Origin: Octopus sinensis
Taxonomy: Eukaryota
Length of the DNA stretch: 64,000 nucleotides
Assembly (NCBI RefSeq): GCF_006345805.1
Contig: NC_043005.1
Span: forward strand, 20,150,001 to 20,214,000
Direction: 5' to 3'
Positions within the stretch are counted from its first letter, which is position 1, and every line of letters begins with the position of its first letter. The translations under genes were made by a program, and so were the position numbers. Shown here piece by piece: positions 10,731 to 23,199 of this stretch. Below the pieces are notes generated by a model. That model was not told the origin of the DNA, did not search any database, and worked only from the letters and a program-made list of their open reading frames with translations.

Positions 10731-12329
10731 TACTCTGTGTGCTATAGCTATGCTACTATGGCAACAGTCTGGATACTTATTGATCTGGCATAAAAGACAC
10801 ATGGGCATATTAGACACCACCCAATTTCAGCAGTGTATTTGCAGGAAAAAAGTTTTTTGCACTTTAAAGGCATTTAGTGTATGAAAGGCCCAACTCTGCA
10901 TTTAGCACCTGGAGTGATTTTTATTTCTTGAGACATTTTTTTGTGAAAAAAGATGGTTCTTATACCATCAAATATGGTACATATGTATATCACATACACA
11001 CACACTCACACACATTTATATATGTGTGTGTGTATGTTTGTATGTAAATAACACACTAAATATGTATAAGCATTTATAAAACATATGATATGTATATCTA
11101 TGTATATATGTATATATGAGACACACACACATGCGTGTCCCAATAAGCCAATAACTCCCATTGACTTCAGCACTGCCTTCCACACTATCACATATAAACA
11201 CACACAACATTAAATAGGTAATCTTTGACAAGACACTGCTAAAGTAACCATATTAAATCAAAAGAAGACTTTGTAGAGCATTACATTGCTATTTAACCTT
11301 TAACCGCCGGTCAATTCTCATTGATGTATGCTTTGAGAATGTCAGTTAGCAGCTGGTGATGCTGTAGCTTACCCTATTATGAATGTGTGCTTGTATGTAT
11401 GTGCATCTGGTTTTGGTATAAATGACAAGATGGAAGGAAAATTAGAATATGTGCAAAAGCTGAGACGAGTATGGTGGATAACTGCTATCTACCAAAGGAC
11501 CAAGTGCTCAAACTGAATATAAAGTGCAGAAGAGAGATCCAAAGAAGAGTTGGGATGGAGTGATGAAGGTTTCGCATTTCATGAAGGAAATGATAAAAGA
11601 TCATGACAATTGCTGTTATGTGGTGCTGGAGGAGAATCAACCACCTGTACAAACATGGTGAAATGTGTTAAAATAATGATGGAGGGTGGGATGTATAATA
11701 GATATGTACATCTGGGCCTTTTGTCCATTTTATATCTGAAAGTCTCTAGCAACTGCCTCTCTTGCCTATTTGATACTTTTTTGTCTCTCCATTACCCCTA
11801 TTGTATTGATGGTACCATACTACTTACATCACAATGAAAACTGTTAGATTTGCCTTTTGTCAATTCCTCACACCGCTGTCTGTATCTCTCTCCTCTCTTC
11901 TTCTCATCACACTACCCGAATAACAAGGGTTTGCACTGGATCTGTTGCTATGCAATACATTCTTCCACTTACCTTCTTATACAGCATCCATCATTCCTTC
12001 CTCTTTTCTGGACACTCTTTTACTGGCACCCATTACATTCTCTGAATCCCAAACATTCTTATGACTATCCATCTCTTTCTTTCTCTCTTACTGGTAAACA
12101 TGAAGCAACCATAAGTGTTTCTCCCCACTTTCCTTCTGTCATTACTCTCTCTCTCTCTCTCTCTCTCATTACATCCTACCATTACTGACCCGCTTCCAGC
12201 ACTGACTCTTCCATTGCTCCCTCTCCCTCTACTTTGTCTCCCTAATGACCATCTCCCTTTCATCATTGTTTCACCAATCTCTTTCTCTTTTATGTATGAG
12301 TGTATGTATGCATTCACATGTATTACTTG

Positions 12330-12460
12330 GAGAGAATTCCATCGTTACCAGCAAGTAGGTGTCCATCAGGAATCACTTCTCAGCTCTCTTCAGTGTATTA
12401 TAATCCTCCAGACTATAAAAGAGGAGTTTAAGTTTGCTTGTTCATGGGAACTCTGACACA
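12330..12460 (+). mobile_element. Degenerate RTE RT fragment
   Basis: QVGVHQESLLSSLQCIIILQTIKEEFKFACSWEL aligns to VGVHQGSALSPLLFIIVLQAITEEFK of the 3287-4078 ORF. Confidence 0.7.
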
Positions 12461-12747
12461 AGCTGAATCTATTAAGAGAAAAAAATTCTAAATGTGTTAA
12501 AGAAGAAGTCAAAACTATAAATGCCATTTGGGAAGTAACCATATTTGAAATGCAGTAAAAGAGGAGGTAAGAATTCTATACAGTGTATCTTATATAAACT
12601 ATTGGTACAGTGGGATCTTATATAAACAAGTGGTGCAGTAGGATCACACCATCAAACTGTTGAGTATTATACTCAGCCAAAGGCCTTCTCTAGATCACTG
12701 AATGATAGAAATAGTGGCCCCCTTCTTAGGTAAGAACTTCTGTTGTT

Positions 12748-12870
12748 GTAATGTTGTTATCAGTCCAAATATGCTTGATGCATGTTCAAACTGGAGAACA
12801 AACTACACACTGCATTTTGTTCCCCAGTTCGAACATGCATCAAGCATATTCAGACTGTTAATAACATTGC
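12748..12870. repeat. Inverted repeat (MITE-like), arms about 55 bp
   Basis: CAGTCCAAATATGCTTGATGCATGTTCAAACTGG / CCAGTTCGAACATGCATCAAGCATATTCAGACTG. Confidence 0.8.
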
Positions 12871-12949
12871 AATCTTACTTATCACTGCTTAGCACTACCC
12901 CTGCGTAATTCTGTTGTTGTCTCATTGGAAAAGAGCATAGAATGAAACC

Positions 12950-13330
12950 AAACTGTATCTTATCTAAGCTAATTCTCTTCCTAACTAGTTTATACTACAA
13001 ATCTTTCTGTTTCTTTCTTCTTAGTCCATTTCTTTGAGTCCTATATCTTTGCTTTCTTCTCAAGCATCCCCTTTGCTTTCATAACACTTGGGGATATTAC
13101 TATGCTATTCACTGTGGGTGACATTTCCTTGTACTACCTGATTGACTATGAAAAGGACCAGCATATTCCCTCTATTGCTAGATATTTTCACCATCTTAAT
13201 AATTATTTCTGATTTCAAGCTTCTTATCCGGTCTTTATATTCTAGATTAGGCATTCAACTTCAATATTTAGATATTCTGTTGGATCTAGTTTGGGTAAGC
13301 CCCCTTTTTGCCTGAGCATTCTCCTCATTC
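12950..13330 (-). mobile_element. Highly decayed RTE RT fragment
   Basis: FIVNQVVQGNV...KAKGMLEK resembles IVNQVVHNGVIP...KGKGDALD of the RTE ORF. Confidence 0.45.
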
Positions 13331-13425
13331 AGTAATCTCTTGTTGTAATATTTCCAAAGCACTTACTTTGCAGAAAATTTTCTGTATGTGTATAGATGTA
13401 TGTATCCTTATATATCCATATACAT

Positions 13426-13496
<71 letters not shown>

Positions 13497-13869
13497 TGTT
13501 TGTGTGTGTATCTGTGTGTGAAAATATCCACTTCACCTTTACTAGTATTTGAAGTTTCAAAAGACATCAAGATAAATTGTGCATACAACTGATGCATGCA
13601 CACACACACACACACACTCACACACACAACCCAAACACAACATCATACATTAAAAAATGTTTGATCTGATGGGAACCTTTTCTGTTCTGTGTATTACAAG
13701 GGTATACATTTTCTTCATTTTTTGGTTTTTGTGATTTAGATGTTATTTTTGTGCAGAGATGAAGCAAACACAGAAATATTTCATATCTATCTCAGTCATA
13801 TTCTCTCTCTCTCTCTTTTGCACTATATATTTGTATGTGTGTGTGTGGGTATATAATATTCTTTATCTC

Positions 13870-13960
<91 letters not shown>

Positions 13961-13984
13961 CAGAGAGAGAGAGAGAGAAAGAGA

Positions 13985-14130
13985 GAGGCATGGCCCTGTA
14001 GTTAGAAAGTTTGCTTGACAGCCTTGTGGTTTCAAGTTCAGTCCCATTAAATGGCACCTTCTGCATTGCTACTATAGCAATGAGCCAACCAATACCTTGT
14101 CAGTGAATTTGGTAGATGGAAATTGTTTAA
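13985..14130 (+). mobile_element. tRNA-SINE head (OK-like), decayed
   Basis: GGCATGGCCCTGTAGTTAGAAAGTTTGCTT...TGAATTTGGTAGATGGAAA. Confidence 0.7.
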
Positions 14131-14289
14131 AAGCCTGGTGCTTATATAGAAGTAGGTAGTTAGGTAGGTCGTAGGTGGTTGGGTGGAGAAATATTTAAAT
14201 CTGTAAAGTCAACATTTTATGTCTTTTAGTAAACACAATGTTAGGTTACTTTAGTCTCCATGTGTCCTTACGTTCCCATTTATGTGAAT

Positions 14290-14515
14290 TATTTTACTGG
14301 ATTCCAGTCAGTCTGGCCATGCTGGAGTATTGCCAGCTAAACATGTGCTGTCCTGTGTAGGAGACATTATGTTTTCCATGTTGGAAATTTGTCTAATTGG
14401 TGATATCATAGCATAGCCACTGTCATGAAACATGTTGTTCATGTGGAGTAACCATGTCTATCTACATGTGTTCCAGCATGGCTATTCCCACTGACTGGAA
14501 TCCAGTGAAAGAATA
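14290..14515. mobile_element. MITE-like element with TIRs
   Basis: TTTTACTGGATTCCAGTCAGT...CCATGCTGGA / TCCAGCATGG...ACTGACTGGAATCCAGTGAAA. Confidence 0.65.
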
Positions 14516-14734
14516 AACATACATGTGGTTTGGAAAATATTTCTTCTAATTTCTACTGATTTTCTTTTCCATGCTTTCTTTAGCTTGTGTATCATATGTC
14601 AACACATACATATGCACATACAATCGCACACAACCATATATATATATATATATATATATATATCGTGACGTATATTTTGCCATTTATATATTTATTGCCA
14701 TTTATATATATTTATATATATATAATTATATATA

Positions 14735-14769
<35 letters not shown>

Positions 14770-15872
14770 TATGCGCACACACACATACACACTTAATTGC
14801 ACCTCACAGCCTTTTACTATAAATCACCTGTCATGTTAAAATTTCATCATTAAAGTTTAATAGCTGTGAAAGAAATTAAATTATTGTCAGTACAGTTGCT
14901 ACATGATCATTCCTACCACCATCATTATCATCATTTTGACCATCTTTATCTCTTCCACTATTTCTATCACCTTCATCCCATCAATATCATCAACATCAAC
15001 ATCATTGCTGCTGCTATAACTTTGATCATCATCACCACTCTTGCCACCTCTGCTGTCATACTGCCAACATCCTCTTCTTCCTATTCCCCCTCCTCCTCCT
15101 CATCATCATCATCACCTTCACTGCCACCATTACCATTATCATCACCTCACCTACCTAAGCTGTCACTAACATCCCCATCAGTGATCATTAGGCTGCTTGA
15201 TTAATTAGCATTACCTTCATTACTAACACTAAGTTGATTTTGTGGCCTTGTTTCAGTTCCTTGTTATAGTCATTGCATTTCCTTGACATGACTGCAGTTC
15301 CCAAGCAAAATCTTTAACTTGACTCACATTCACATTCGTCCATCTTCCTCCTTGTTTATAAATATGAAGTTTTGTATTTACTTAAGAATTTAAACATGAT
15401 AGGCATATGTATGTATATGTTTGTGTCTATCATGTTGCTTTGTATAATCTTTTCTCCTCTTCATCTTTCTAAGATGTCAATTCACTATTGCCACCACCAT
15501 TTTTCAAACAACAGATACATCATCAACCAATATCTCATATTCCGTGTCAACCAACTAAAGTCCACTTTGATATTCAAACATTTTTATGGTATATTCATTT
15601 TACGTTAAATTGTGTATGTGTGTATATATATATATATATATATTTCGTTTTTTGGATTTAGTATGCAGATTACATACATACAGATGCACACACATAAATA
15701 CATATATATACATATGCATACACACACATGCATACATACACACACATATATACACACATACATACATATGTAAATGCATTCATGCATAGGCACACACACA
15801 CGCACACTGACCCACACACATGCGCACAAACAAACAAAAAAGGAACGCAGTGTAAATAATGGACAGAGTCAA

Positions 15873-15912
15873 GACCATTGAAAAGGTTGCAAGACGCAAC
15901 GAAAATTTTAGG
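15873..15912 (+). ncRNA. Candidate minimal hammerhead ribozyme, U3-A8 core variant
   Basis: TTGAAAA-G-GTTGC-aagac-GCAAC-GAAA-ATTTT: perfect 5-bp stem II, palindromic stem III; stem I weak. Confidence 0.5.
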
Positions 15913-16011
15913 AAAATAAAAATAAGAAATAAGTGGAAATTTTACCGGTGAGTGTATTAAATTATAAGGCACAAAAAAAAAATGACTCTCCCCAGACACA
16001 ACAGTATATAT

Positions 16012-16049
<38 letters not shown>

Positions 16050-16064
16050 CATTTCATTTCATTT

Positions 16065-16347
16065 CATTTGAGTTTGAGTCCATGCTCAGGCCAAGTCGAA
16101 GACTCCACCCTCAGAGTCTGGTGTGGTTGCCAGGTTGTATTCTCTGTTTAATTTTGACATGTGTAGGAGCGAGTTTGAGTCAGTTTGTGCTCGTTGTGTA
16201 TATCCTGGAAGATGGGTTCATCTCTAATGGTGCTTAGTATCTATCCAGCTGCAATTTGAATGATTCCACACTGCATCCTGATAGATTTCTGACATGTACC
16301 GGAATGGAGTTGAATAGTTGTGCTCCTCGAACCAACAGACTTGATTC
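16065..16347 (-). mobile_element. CR1/Jockey-group LINE 3' end
   Basis: AAKTLRESSLLVRGAQLFNSIPVHVRNLSGCSVESFKLQLDRY(fs)LSTIRDEP, followed by an (ACTCAA)/(ATGAA)n tail. Confidence 0.75.
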
Positions 16348-16385
16348 TCGCAGGGTTTTTGCTGCCTATATATATATATATATTC

Positions 16386-16610
16386 TTTCTTTTATTCTTT
16401 TACTTGTTTCAGCCATTAGATTGCGACCATGCTGGGGCACGACCTTGAAGAATTTTAGTCAAATGAATCGACAACCCCCCCACCCACCCACCAGTACTTT
16501 TTTTTTATCCATTTTTTAAGCTTGGTACTTATTCTATAGGTCTCTTTGCTGAACTGCTAAGTTATGGGGACCTAAACGCACCAATATCGGTTGTCAAGCA
16601 GTTGTAGACA
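16386..16610 (-). mobile_element. tRNA-SINE (OK-like) 3' half
   Basis: Matches the family tail CTTTTACTTGTTTCAG...GGTTGTCAAGC. Confidence 0.8.
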
Positions 16611-16699
16611 AATACACATACGCTCACACACGCATACACACACACTCACACACACCAAACAACATACATATATATATATATTATATATATATATATATA

Positions 16700-17056
<357 letters not shown>

Positions 17057-17109
17057 TATACACATATATATATATAATATATATATATCATATATATTAT
17101 ATATATATA

Positions 17110-17286
17110 TGGCACGTAAAAAGCACCCACTACACTCGCGGAGTGGTTGGCGTTAGGAAGGGCATCCAGCTGTAGAAACACTGCCAGATCAGACTGGAGC
17201 CTGGTGCAGCCCCTGGCTTCCCAGACCCCGGTCGAACCGTCCAACCCGTGCTAGCGTGGAAAACGGACGTTAAACGATGATAATGA
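17110..17286 (+). mobile_element. RTE 3' UTR/tail fragment
   Basis: GGTTGGCGTTAGGAAGGGCATCCAGC...GGACGTTAAACGATGA, identical in type to 1912-2100. Confidence 0.9.
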
Positions 17287-17664
17287 TATATCATGGTTGG
17301 TAGGTAGGCAGGTAGGTAGGTAGACATATATACAGACAGACAGATATAAGAATTAGTTGGTTTTAACAAATGGGAGGAAAAGTACTCAGTACAATAGTAG
17401 ACAGTAATAGTTTATTTAGGCTTATCTAGCATTACTCTGTAGTTTCCCAGTCATATTGTCAGTTCTTCATTCAGATACCGACTGGAAGGTGAGTACGTAT
17501 CATCTCATTTATTTTAGTCTGAGAAACCAACAATGCTTCAGGGAAACTCCAAAATAATAGGTCACTGGATCAGCCTAAATAAACTGCATATATACATACA
17601 TTCACACAAATACACACACACACACACAAACATGCATATATACACGCAGCTACACGGGTGTCAT

Positions 17665-18560
17665 AATCATCAGTATCATCATTGCTTAACGTCTGCTTTC
17701 CATGATGGCATGGGTTGGATGGTTTTATTAAGAACTGACAAGCCAGGAGGTTGCATCAGGCTCCAGTCTGATTTGACAAGGTTTCTACATCTTGATGCCC
17801 TTCCTAATTTTAACCTCTCTGAATGTGTAGTGGATGCTTTTATGTGCCACCAGCATGGGAGCCAGTCAGGTGGCACTGGCATCAGCCATGCTGAAATGGT
17901 GCTTTATACGTGCCACTGGCATGGGTGCTAGTCAGACAGCACTGGTATTGATCATGCTCGAATGGTGCCACTGTCAGGCACCACTGTCATCGGCCACAAC
18001 TACAATTACACTCAGTTCGACAGGTCTTCACAAGTGTATGATGGAAGGGTGCTCTTTTTAAACGGGCCTGTAATGCAACACTGGCATCAACCATGACTAC
18101 GATCTCACTTGGCTTGATGGATCTTCTCAAAATTTTGGTCGCTTGTCATTGCCTGTGTGAGGCCCAGTGTTTGAAGGTCATGCTTTGTTACTAGCAGAGG
18201 TAGGAGCTCTCTGAACTTTGCCCAGCTTATTCTTATTCCAGCAGCTACATTCTCAGAGCATCCACCCCTGCTACTGGCTTGGTCACCTACATAACAGAAA
18301 TTATCAACTACTTCTGGTTTTTTCCCCTGGCATGTGATGGAATCTGTTTTCTGTACATCTTTGGTGTTTATTACACTTGTGCAACTGCCACAAACAAAAA
18401 CTATCTTCCCAGTTAACCTTTCTTTGATATTACTGCACCCCTTGTGTGTCCATGGCTTACACCAGGTACATCTTATGCAGCTTCTACCTATGCATTTTCT
18501 ACAGATCAAGCAGGGCCATCTACCTGAAGGGATTTGTGATTTGTCCGCCTTCCTACTTAT
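17665..18560 (-). mobile_element. RTE copy with large internal deletion (PHD region joined to C-terminus) plus 3' UTR
   Basis: ICRKCIGRSCIRCTWCKPWTHKGC...FVCGSC...LLPLLVTK|HDLQTLGLTQAMTSD. Confidence 0.85.
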
Positions 18561-19089
18561 TCAGAAAATTTGAATATTGTGCATAAATTGGATATTTTTG
18601 AGACTTAAGTCAGAATATCACCATTTTACTTGTGCAGGGGTCACTAAATCTAAATCTTTTGTTTATAGAAGCTAACATTTATGATTTCTGTGCAAAAGAT
18701 CATCACAAATCTAATACCTTAAAATGCAACATCTATACAAATATTTTCCATGGCAAATATTTTCCATGAAGCAAAGTGGTAATGAAAGATGAGAACATAA
18801 TATCAGTGCTTGGTTGATGTTTTTTGATCTTAACACCTGCATGGATAGAGTCTCTTAGTAGACTGCTGTGTTGACTGTAACCCCAAGGAAACTCTGTGGA
18901 CCAGCATCTGCATATGATATGATGCACACTACAGGGACTTAATGTCTTGGCATCAGACTTCAAACAGCTAGGGTTCTGCTTCTCTTCTGTCCTCAAAATT
19001 CTGCAACACTGTGTATGTGTGAGAGAGAGAGATTATGTATGTGTGTGTGTATATATGTGTGCATGTAATATATATTGTGTTATATATAT

Positions 19090-19141
<52 letters not shown>

Positions 19142-19194
19142 GTATGTACGTGTGTGCATACATATGTATGTATGTCTCTTCTATTTCTTAATTA

Positions 19195-19560
19195 TTATAA
19201 TCTTCTACCAAGGAGTGAGTTGGTTTCCAACAAAGATACAAGGCTCCATCTTTGGGATGTAGTTAACATAGACAAATTCCCTTTTGGAACTTGAGAAAAG
19301 TTTTGCATATTTTTATCTGTTCCACTCACAGATTCGACTTGTAATGTACAAATCAGCTGGTCAGTTTCTCTTTCTGAAAATCCCAGTTTATTTAGATTTT
19401 CCTTTAAGCATTTACTAACAAAACCTAGTGCTCCAATTTTTATTGGTATGAATATGAATTCATAGTCTGGATACAGAAGCTGGCGGTGTCAAAGTAGTTG
19501 TCCATAGACATCCTCTTTTTCTTTGATTTTCAAAGAGATATTTATATCCTCAGGGCAGAT
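19195..19560 (-). mobile_element. R4/Dong-like non-LTR retrotransposon 3' end (restriction-like endonuclease)
   Basis: CPEDINISLKIKEKEDVYGQLL*HRQLLYPDYEFIFIPIK(fs)IGALGFVSKCLKENLNKLGFSERETDQLICTLQVESVSGT; PI.IGALG is a typical RLE C-terminal motif. Confidence 0.65.
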
Positions 19561-19675
19561 ATGCATGCATGCATGCATGTATGTATGTATGTATGTATGT
19601 ATGTATGTATGTATGTATGTATGTATGTATGTATGTATGTATGTATGTATGTATGAATGTATGAATGAATGAATA

Positions 19676-19912
19676 CAAGGTGAATTCAAAAGGTATCTGG
19701 CTTTATTTTTTTCCCACCAAAACTATGATGAGTTCACACTACATGTCTGTATTGTAGGCATAACAGCCAGAGACTGATGTGGCCAACCAGCACAAAAATT
19801 TTCACACGTACATAGGAAGGGTAGCATCACCTCCCACCATTAAGGATTTCACCCATCTGGCATCCATTTTGGCAAGAGAAAATAAAGTCAGATACTTTTT
19901 GAAAGTACTCTG
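19676..19912. mobile_element. Tc1/mariner-type MITE, TA target-site duplication
   Basis: TA-CAAGGTGAATTCAAAAGGTATCTGGCTTTATTT...AAATAAAGTCAGATACTTTTTGAAAGTACTCTG-TA. Confidence 0.7.
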
Positions 19913-19952
19913 TATATATGTACATGTGTGTGTGTGTGTGTGTGTATATATA

Positions 19953-20003
<51 letters not shown>

Positions 20004-20057
20004 ATATGTGTTGTGTGTATATATATTGTGTTGTGTGTATATATATATATATATAAT

Positions 20058-20310
20058 GTGTAGTGAATTTATGGAAAGAATTTCTGTAAAACTCAATTTA
20101 GTTAAAAATGGAGAAGACAAGTTGTTAAAATATATAAGAGAAATTTAATTTATGCAGACGATCATTTCTTACAGCGATATAAAAATAATGCAAGTACGAA
20201 ATGATCATCTGCATGAATTAAAGTTCTCTTAAATATTTTAACAACTTGTCTACTCTGTTTTCAACTGAACTGATGAGTTTTATGGAACTTCTTTCCATTA
20301 ATTCACCCAC
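20058..20310. mobile_element. Palindromic MITE
   Basis: Arms of about 115 bp (GTGAATTTATGGAAAGAA... / ...TTCTTTCCATTAATTCAC). Confidence 0.8.
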
Positions 20311-20474
20311 CACACATCATATACAAGTATTACTTTCATATCTTCGTAAATTTGCACCCGTAAACTACCAGTAAAACATGAAGAATCAACATTAGAAATC
20401 TTTTCTGGAAACCTCCAAATTAAAGGACTAACCTACATTCAACCTTTTTACACCTATATATATATATATATATA

Positions 20475-20526
<52 letters not shown>

Positions 20527-20728
20527 TATATAATAATAATAATGAAATTATTGTATACAATGCTCAGGTGCACCACAACTTGTCAGAAAGTGCATATAAA
20601 GTACATGCAGTAATGTAAAAATGTCTGGTGAAAAATTGAATATTAATTTGATTAATATCAATTTAAAACCAGTGGCCTAGCATATTGAAAAATCTGAAGA
20701 TTCAGAAAAATTATATTACATACATGTA

Positions 20729-20989
20729 AGAGGGATGTCCATTAAGTGGACATCCATTATGCTAGAAATAGACCCCTATGGTCTTACCACTAAGAAAAGA
20801 TTGTTCTCAAGAAAATTCAGCAAACACCAGAACATAAGCAAGCAAGACAAATGAAAAGATACAAAATATATTTTGTATATTATGTTTTGGCGTTTGCTGA
20901 ATTTTCTTGAGAACAATCTTTTCTTAGTGGTAAGACCATAGGGGGTCTACTTCTAGCATAAGGGATTTCCACTTAGTGGTCATCCCTCT
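20729..20989. mobile_element. Palindromic MITE, TA target-site duplication
   Basis: TA-AGAGGGATG...CATCCCTCT-TA; near-perfect arms of about 110 bp. Confidence 0.9.
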
Positions 20990-21089
20990 TATATGTATAT
21001 AGATATATGTGCATGTGTGTATGTGTGTGTGCACATATATATATGTATTATATATGTGTGTGTGTATGTGTGCATGTATATATATCAAA

Positions 21090-21316
21090 TAATGTGGCAC
21101 TCTGTCGGTTACGACGACGAGGGTTCCATCTGATCCAATCAATGGAACAGCCTGCTCATGAAATTAACATGCAAAAGGTTGGCCCTTTGAAATACAGGTA
21201 CAAGAGAAACAGGAAGAAAGAGTGAGAGAAAGTTGTGGTGAACGAATACAGCAGGGTTCGCCACCACCCCCTACCAGAGCCTTGTGGAGCTTTAGGTGTT
21301 TTCACTCAATAAAGCA
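21090..21316 (-). mobile_element. 5'-truncated SINE, chimeric: body like 52971-53250, tail like 6204-6525
   Basis: TTTATTGAGTGAAAACACCTAAAGCTCCAC body plus CCCTCGTCGTCGTAACCGAC tail. Confidence 0.75.
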
Positions 21317-21624
21317 TTTGTCTGCATTTTAAATGAAAGTGTTTAGAAAATGTTCTAATGCTCATACTTTTTCCAGAGAAAAATTGTAGGATAAGTCAAC
21401 CAAAGTAGTTAATAGGTTATCACCATTTAGTAGAGGAATATAATACAATGCCAACTCGAAAGTTTCAACTTTATGGCTCGAAATTATGTATATTATGAAC
21501 ATTTACACACACACATACAAACACAAACATACATGCTGTATCCTGAACACTTAGCCCTCACATAATATATTTGTGCTTTACTTAAACACCCAGTTTTAAT
21601 ACAGGTTATATATATATATATATT

Positions 21625-21750
21625 TATTTTCTCTCCTTGTTTCTTTCTGTGGAAGAGCATAGGCTCGAAATGTTAAAGACTTTTTCACTTCCCGAACGTT
21701 ATACTAATACATTTGTTTGTTGTCCACACCACCTGTCTTCATCTTTTTAT
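21625..21750 (+). mobile_element. Short element in (TA)n carrying a hammerhead motif; paralog at 46465-46625
   Basis: Shared tail ACTAATA(C/T)ATTTG.TTGTTG..CACCACCT; (TA)n on both sides. Confidence 0.65.
21642..21679 (+). ncRNA. Minimal type I hammerhead ribozyme, A6U core variant
   Basis: TCTTT-CTGTGGA-A-GAGC-atag-GCTC-GAAA-T-GTT-AAAGA: 5-bp stem I and 4-bp stem II, both perfect. Confidence 0.7.
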
Positions 21751-21809
21751 ATATATATGTATATCGGAATAATCATATATATATATATATAATATATATA
21801 TATATATGT

Positions 21810-22866
21810 TAATAAAATAGAACATATGCATATATATAAACATATATGTACGTACCTACCTCTACATGTACATATACACGCATATATGTGTACAGGACAC
21901 CAAAAAGACGTCGAACACATAGAGAGACGAAACACATAGACACAAACCAAGGAACAAGACAAGCAAAAAAAAGAGAGATACAGGACAATAAGCACAACGA
22001 AAAATCCCCTTCTTCAGTCGCTAAGGTTTCATCTACTAAACGTTCGAAGGATAAAAGCGAGACGTTTACTTCGAAGAAAACTTCCTTCCCGCGAAAGCAA
22101 ATCAATTAAAATTCTGAGATCTTTTCGCAGAGGGGTAAAAAAAAAAAAGCAAGACGGTAACGACAGTACAAACATATAAACAGTAAAAAATATATATATA
22201 AACAGTGGAAAAAATGAAAATATAACAGTGAGAGAGACAGGACAAGGAGAACAAGATAAGAAGGGCTGTTAACGCCAGACGAAAAAAGTTTGCAAACGCT
22301 GGATTATCGTGGACGACGAGAGAGAGAAAATGTGTCGACAGTAGCCTTAGAAGGCGGGCGAGAAAAGACAGGATAGCAGTTACGACGGAAGTATCGTCGC
22401 AGATGGACGACGGGAATGGGGGAGGAGGAGCAAGAGGAAGAGAGAGAAGAAGGGGAATGGTGCGAGGAGACAATGAAGAATGGTGAAAGGAGAGAGAGAG
22501 AATGAAGAATGAGAGAGAGAGGAAGAGACAAGTTAAGTGAGGGAAAAAAAGACGCAAAAGGGAATGGGAGAGAAAGAAAGAAAGATGCAGAGTCGCGTGA
22601 GAGTTAATATCAAGGCTAACTTGATAAACAGAACAATCTTATAATAGGGTGCGTGCGTTTAGTCGTATAATATGTAATAAAATAGAACATATGCATATAT
22701 ATAAACATATATGTACGTACCTACCTCTACATGTACATATACACGCATATATGTGTACAGGACACCAAAAAGACGTCGAACACATAGAGAGACGAAACAC
22801 ATAGACACAAACCAAGGAACAAGACAAGCAAAAAAAAGAGAGATACAGGACAATAAGCACAACGAA

Positions 22867-22867
<1 letters not shown>
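21810..22867 (-). mobile_element. CpG-rich element bounded by identical 193-bp direct repeats (pseudo-LTR-like)
   Basis: 21810-22002 equals 22675-22867; 672-bp interior. Strand inferred from the CTGAAGA half-core. Confidence 0.7.
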
Positions 22868-22897
<30 letters not shown>

Positions 22898-23199
22898 ATA
22901 CACACACACAGATACACACATACGCATGCAACAGACAGACAAACACTGGTAGCAGCAGCATTAAACACCAAACAGTGACAGAAGTAACTGTAAATATATA
23001 CACCTACAACCCTACCCTAGCGCCACTCAAAGACTGTTGCCAGTATAAGAACACAAGAATACTTAAATACCATCTGTGTGTCTATTAGGTTTTATTAAGA
23101 TAGACAAACAGATATTTCTAGATCTCTGTATCAATATCTCAAGAATGTTGTTTTTCTATTTCTTTTCTCCCTTCTCCCACTTTCCTTCTCAATTGTCAC

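Noticed and set aside
17480-17500. Strong donor-like GAAG|GTGAGT
   Set aside because: It lies within a MITE-like segment (AGTTTATTTAGGCT/AGCCTAAATAAACT ends) with no upstream open exon.
22102-22557. 151-aa ORF inside the direct-repeat element
   Set aside because: It is the antisense of a GA-rich tract with biased composition and no motif.
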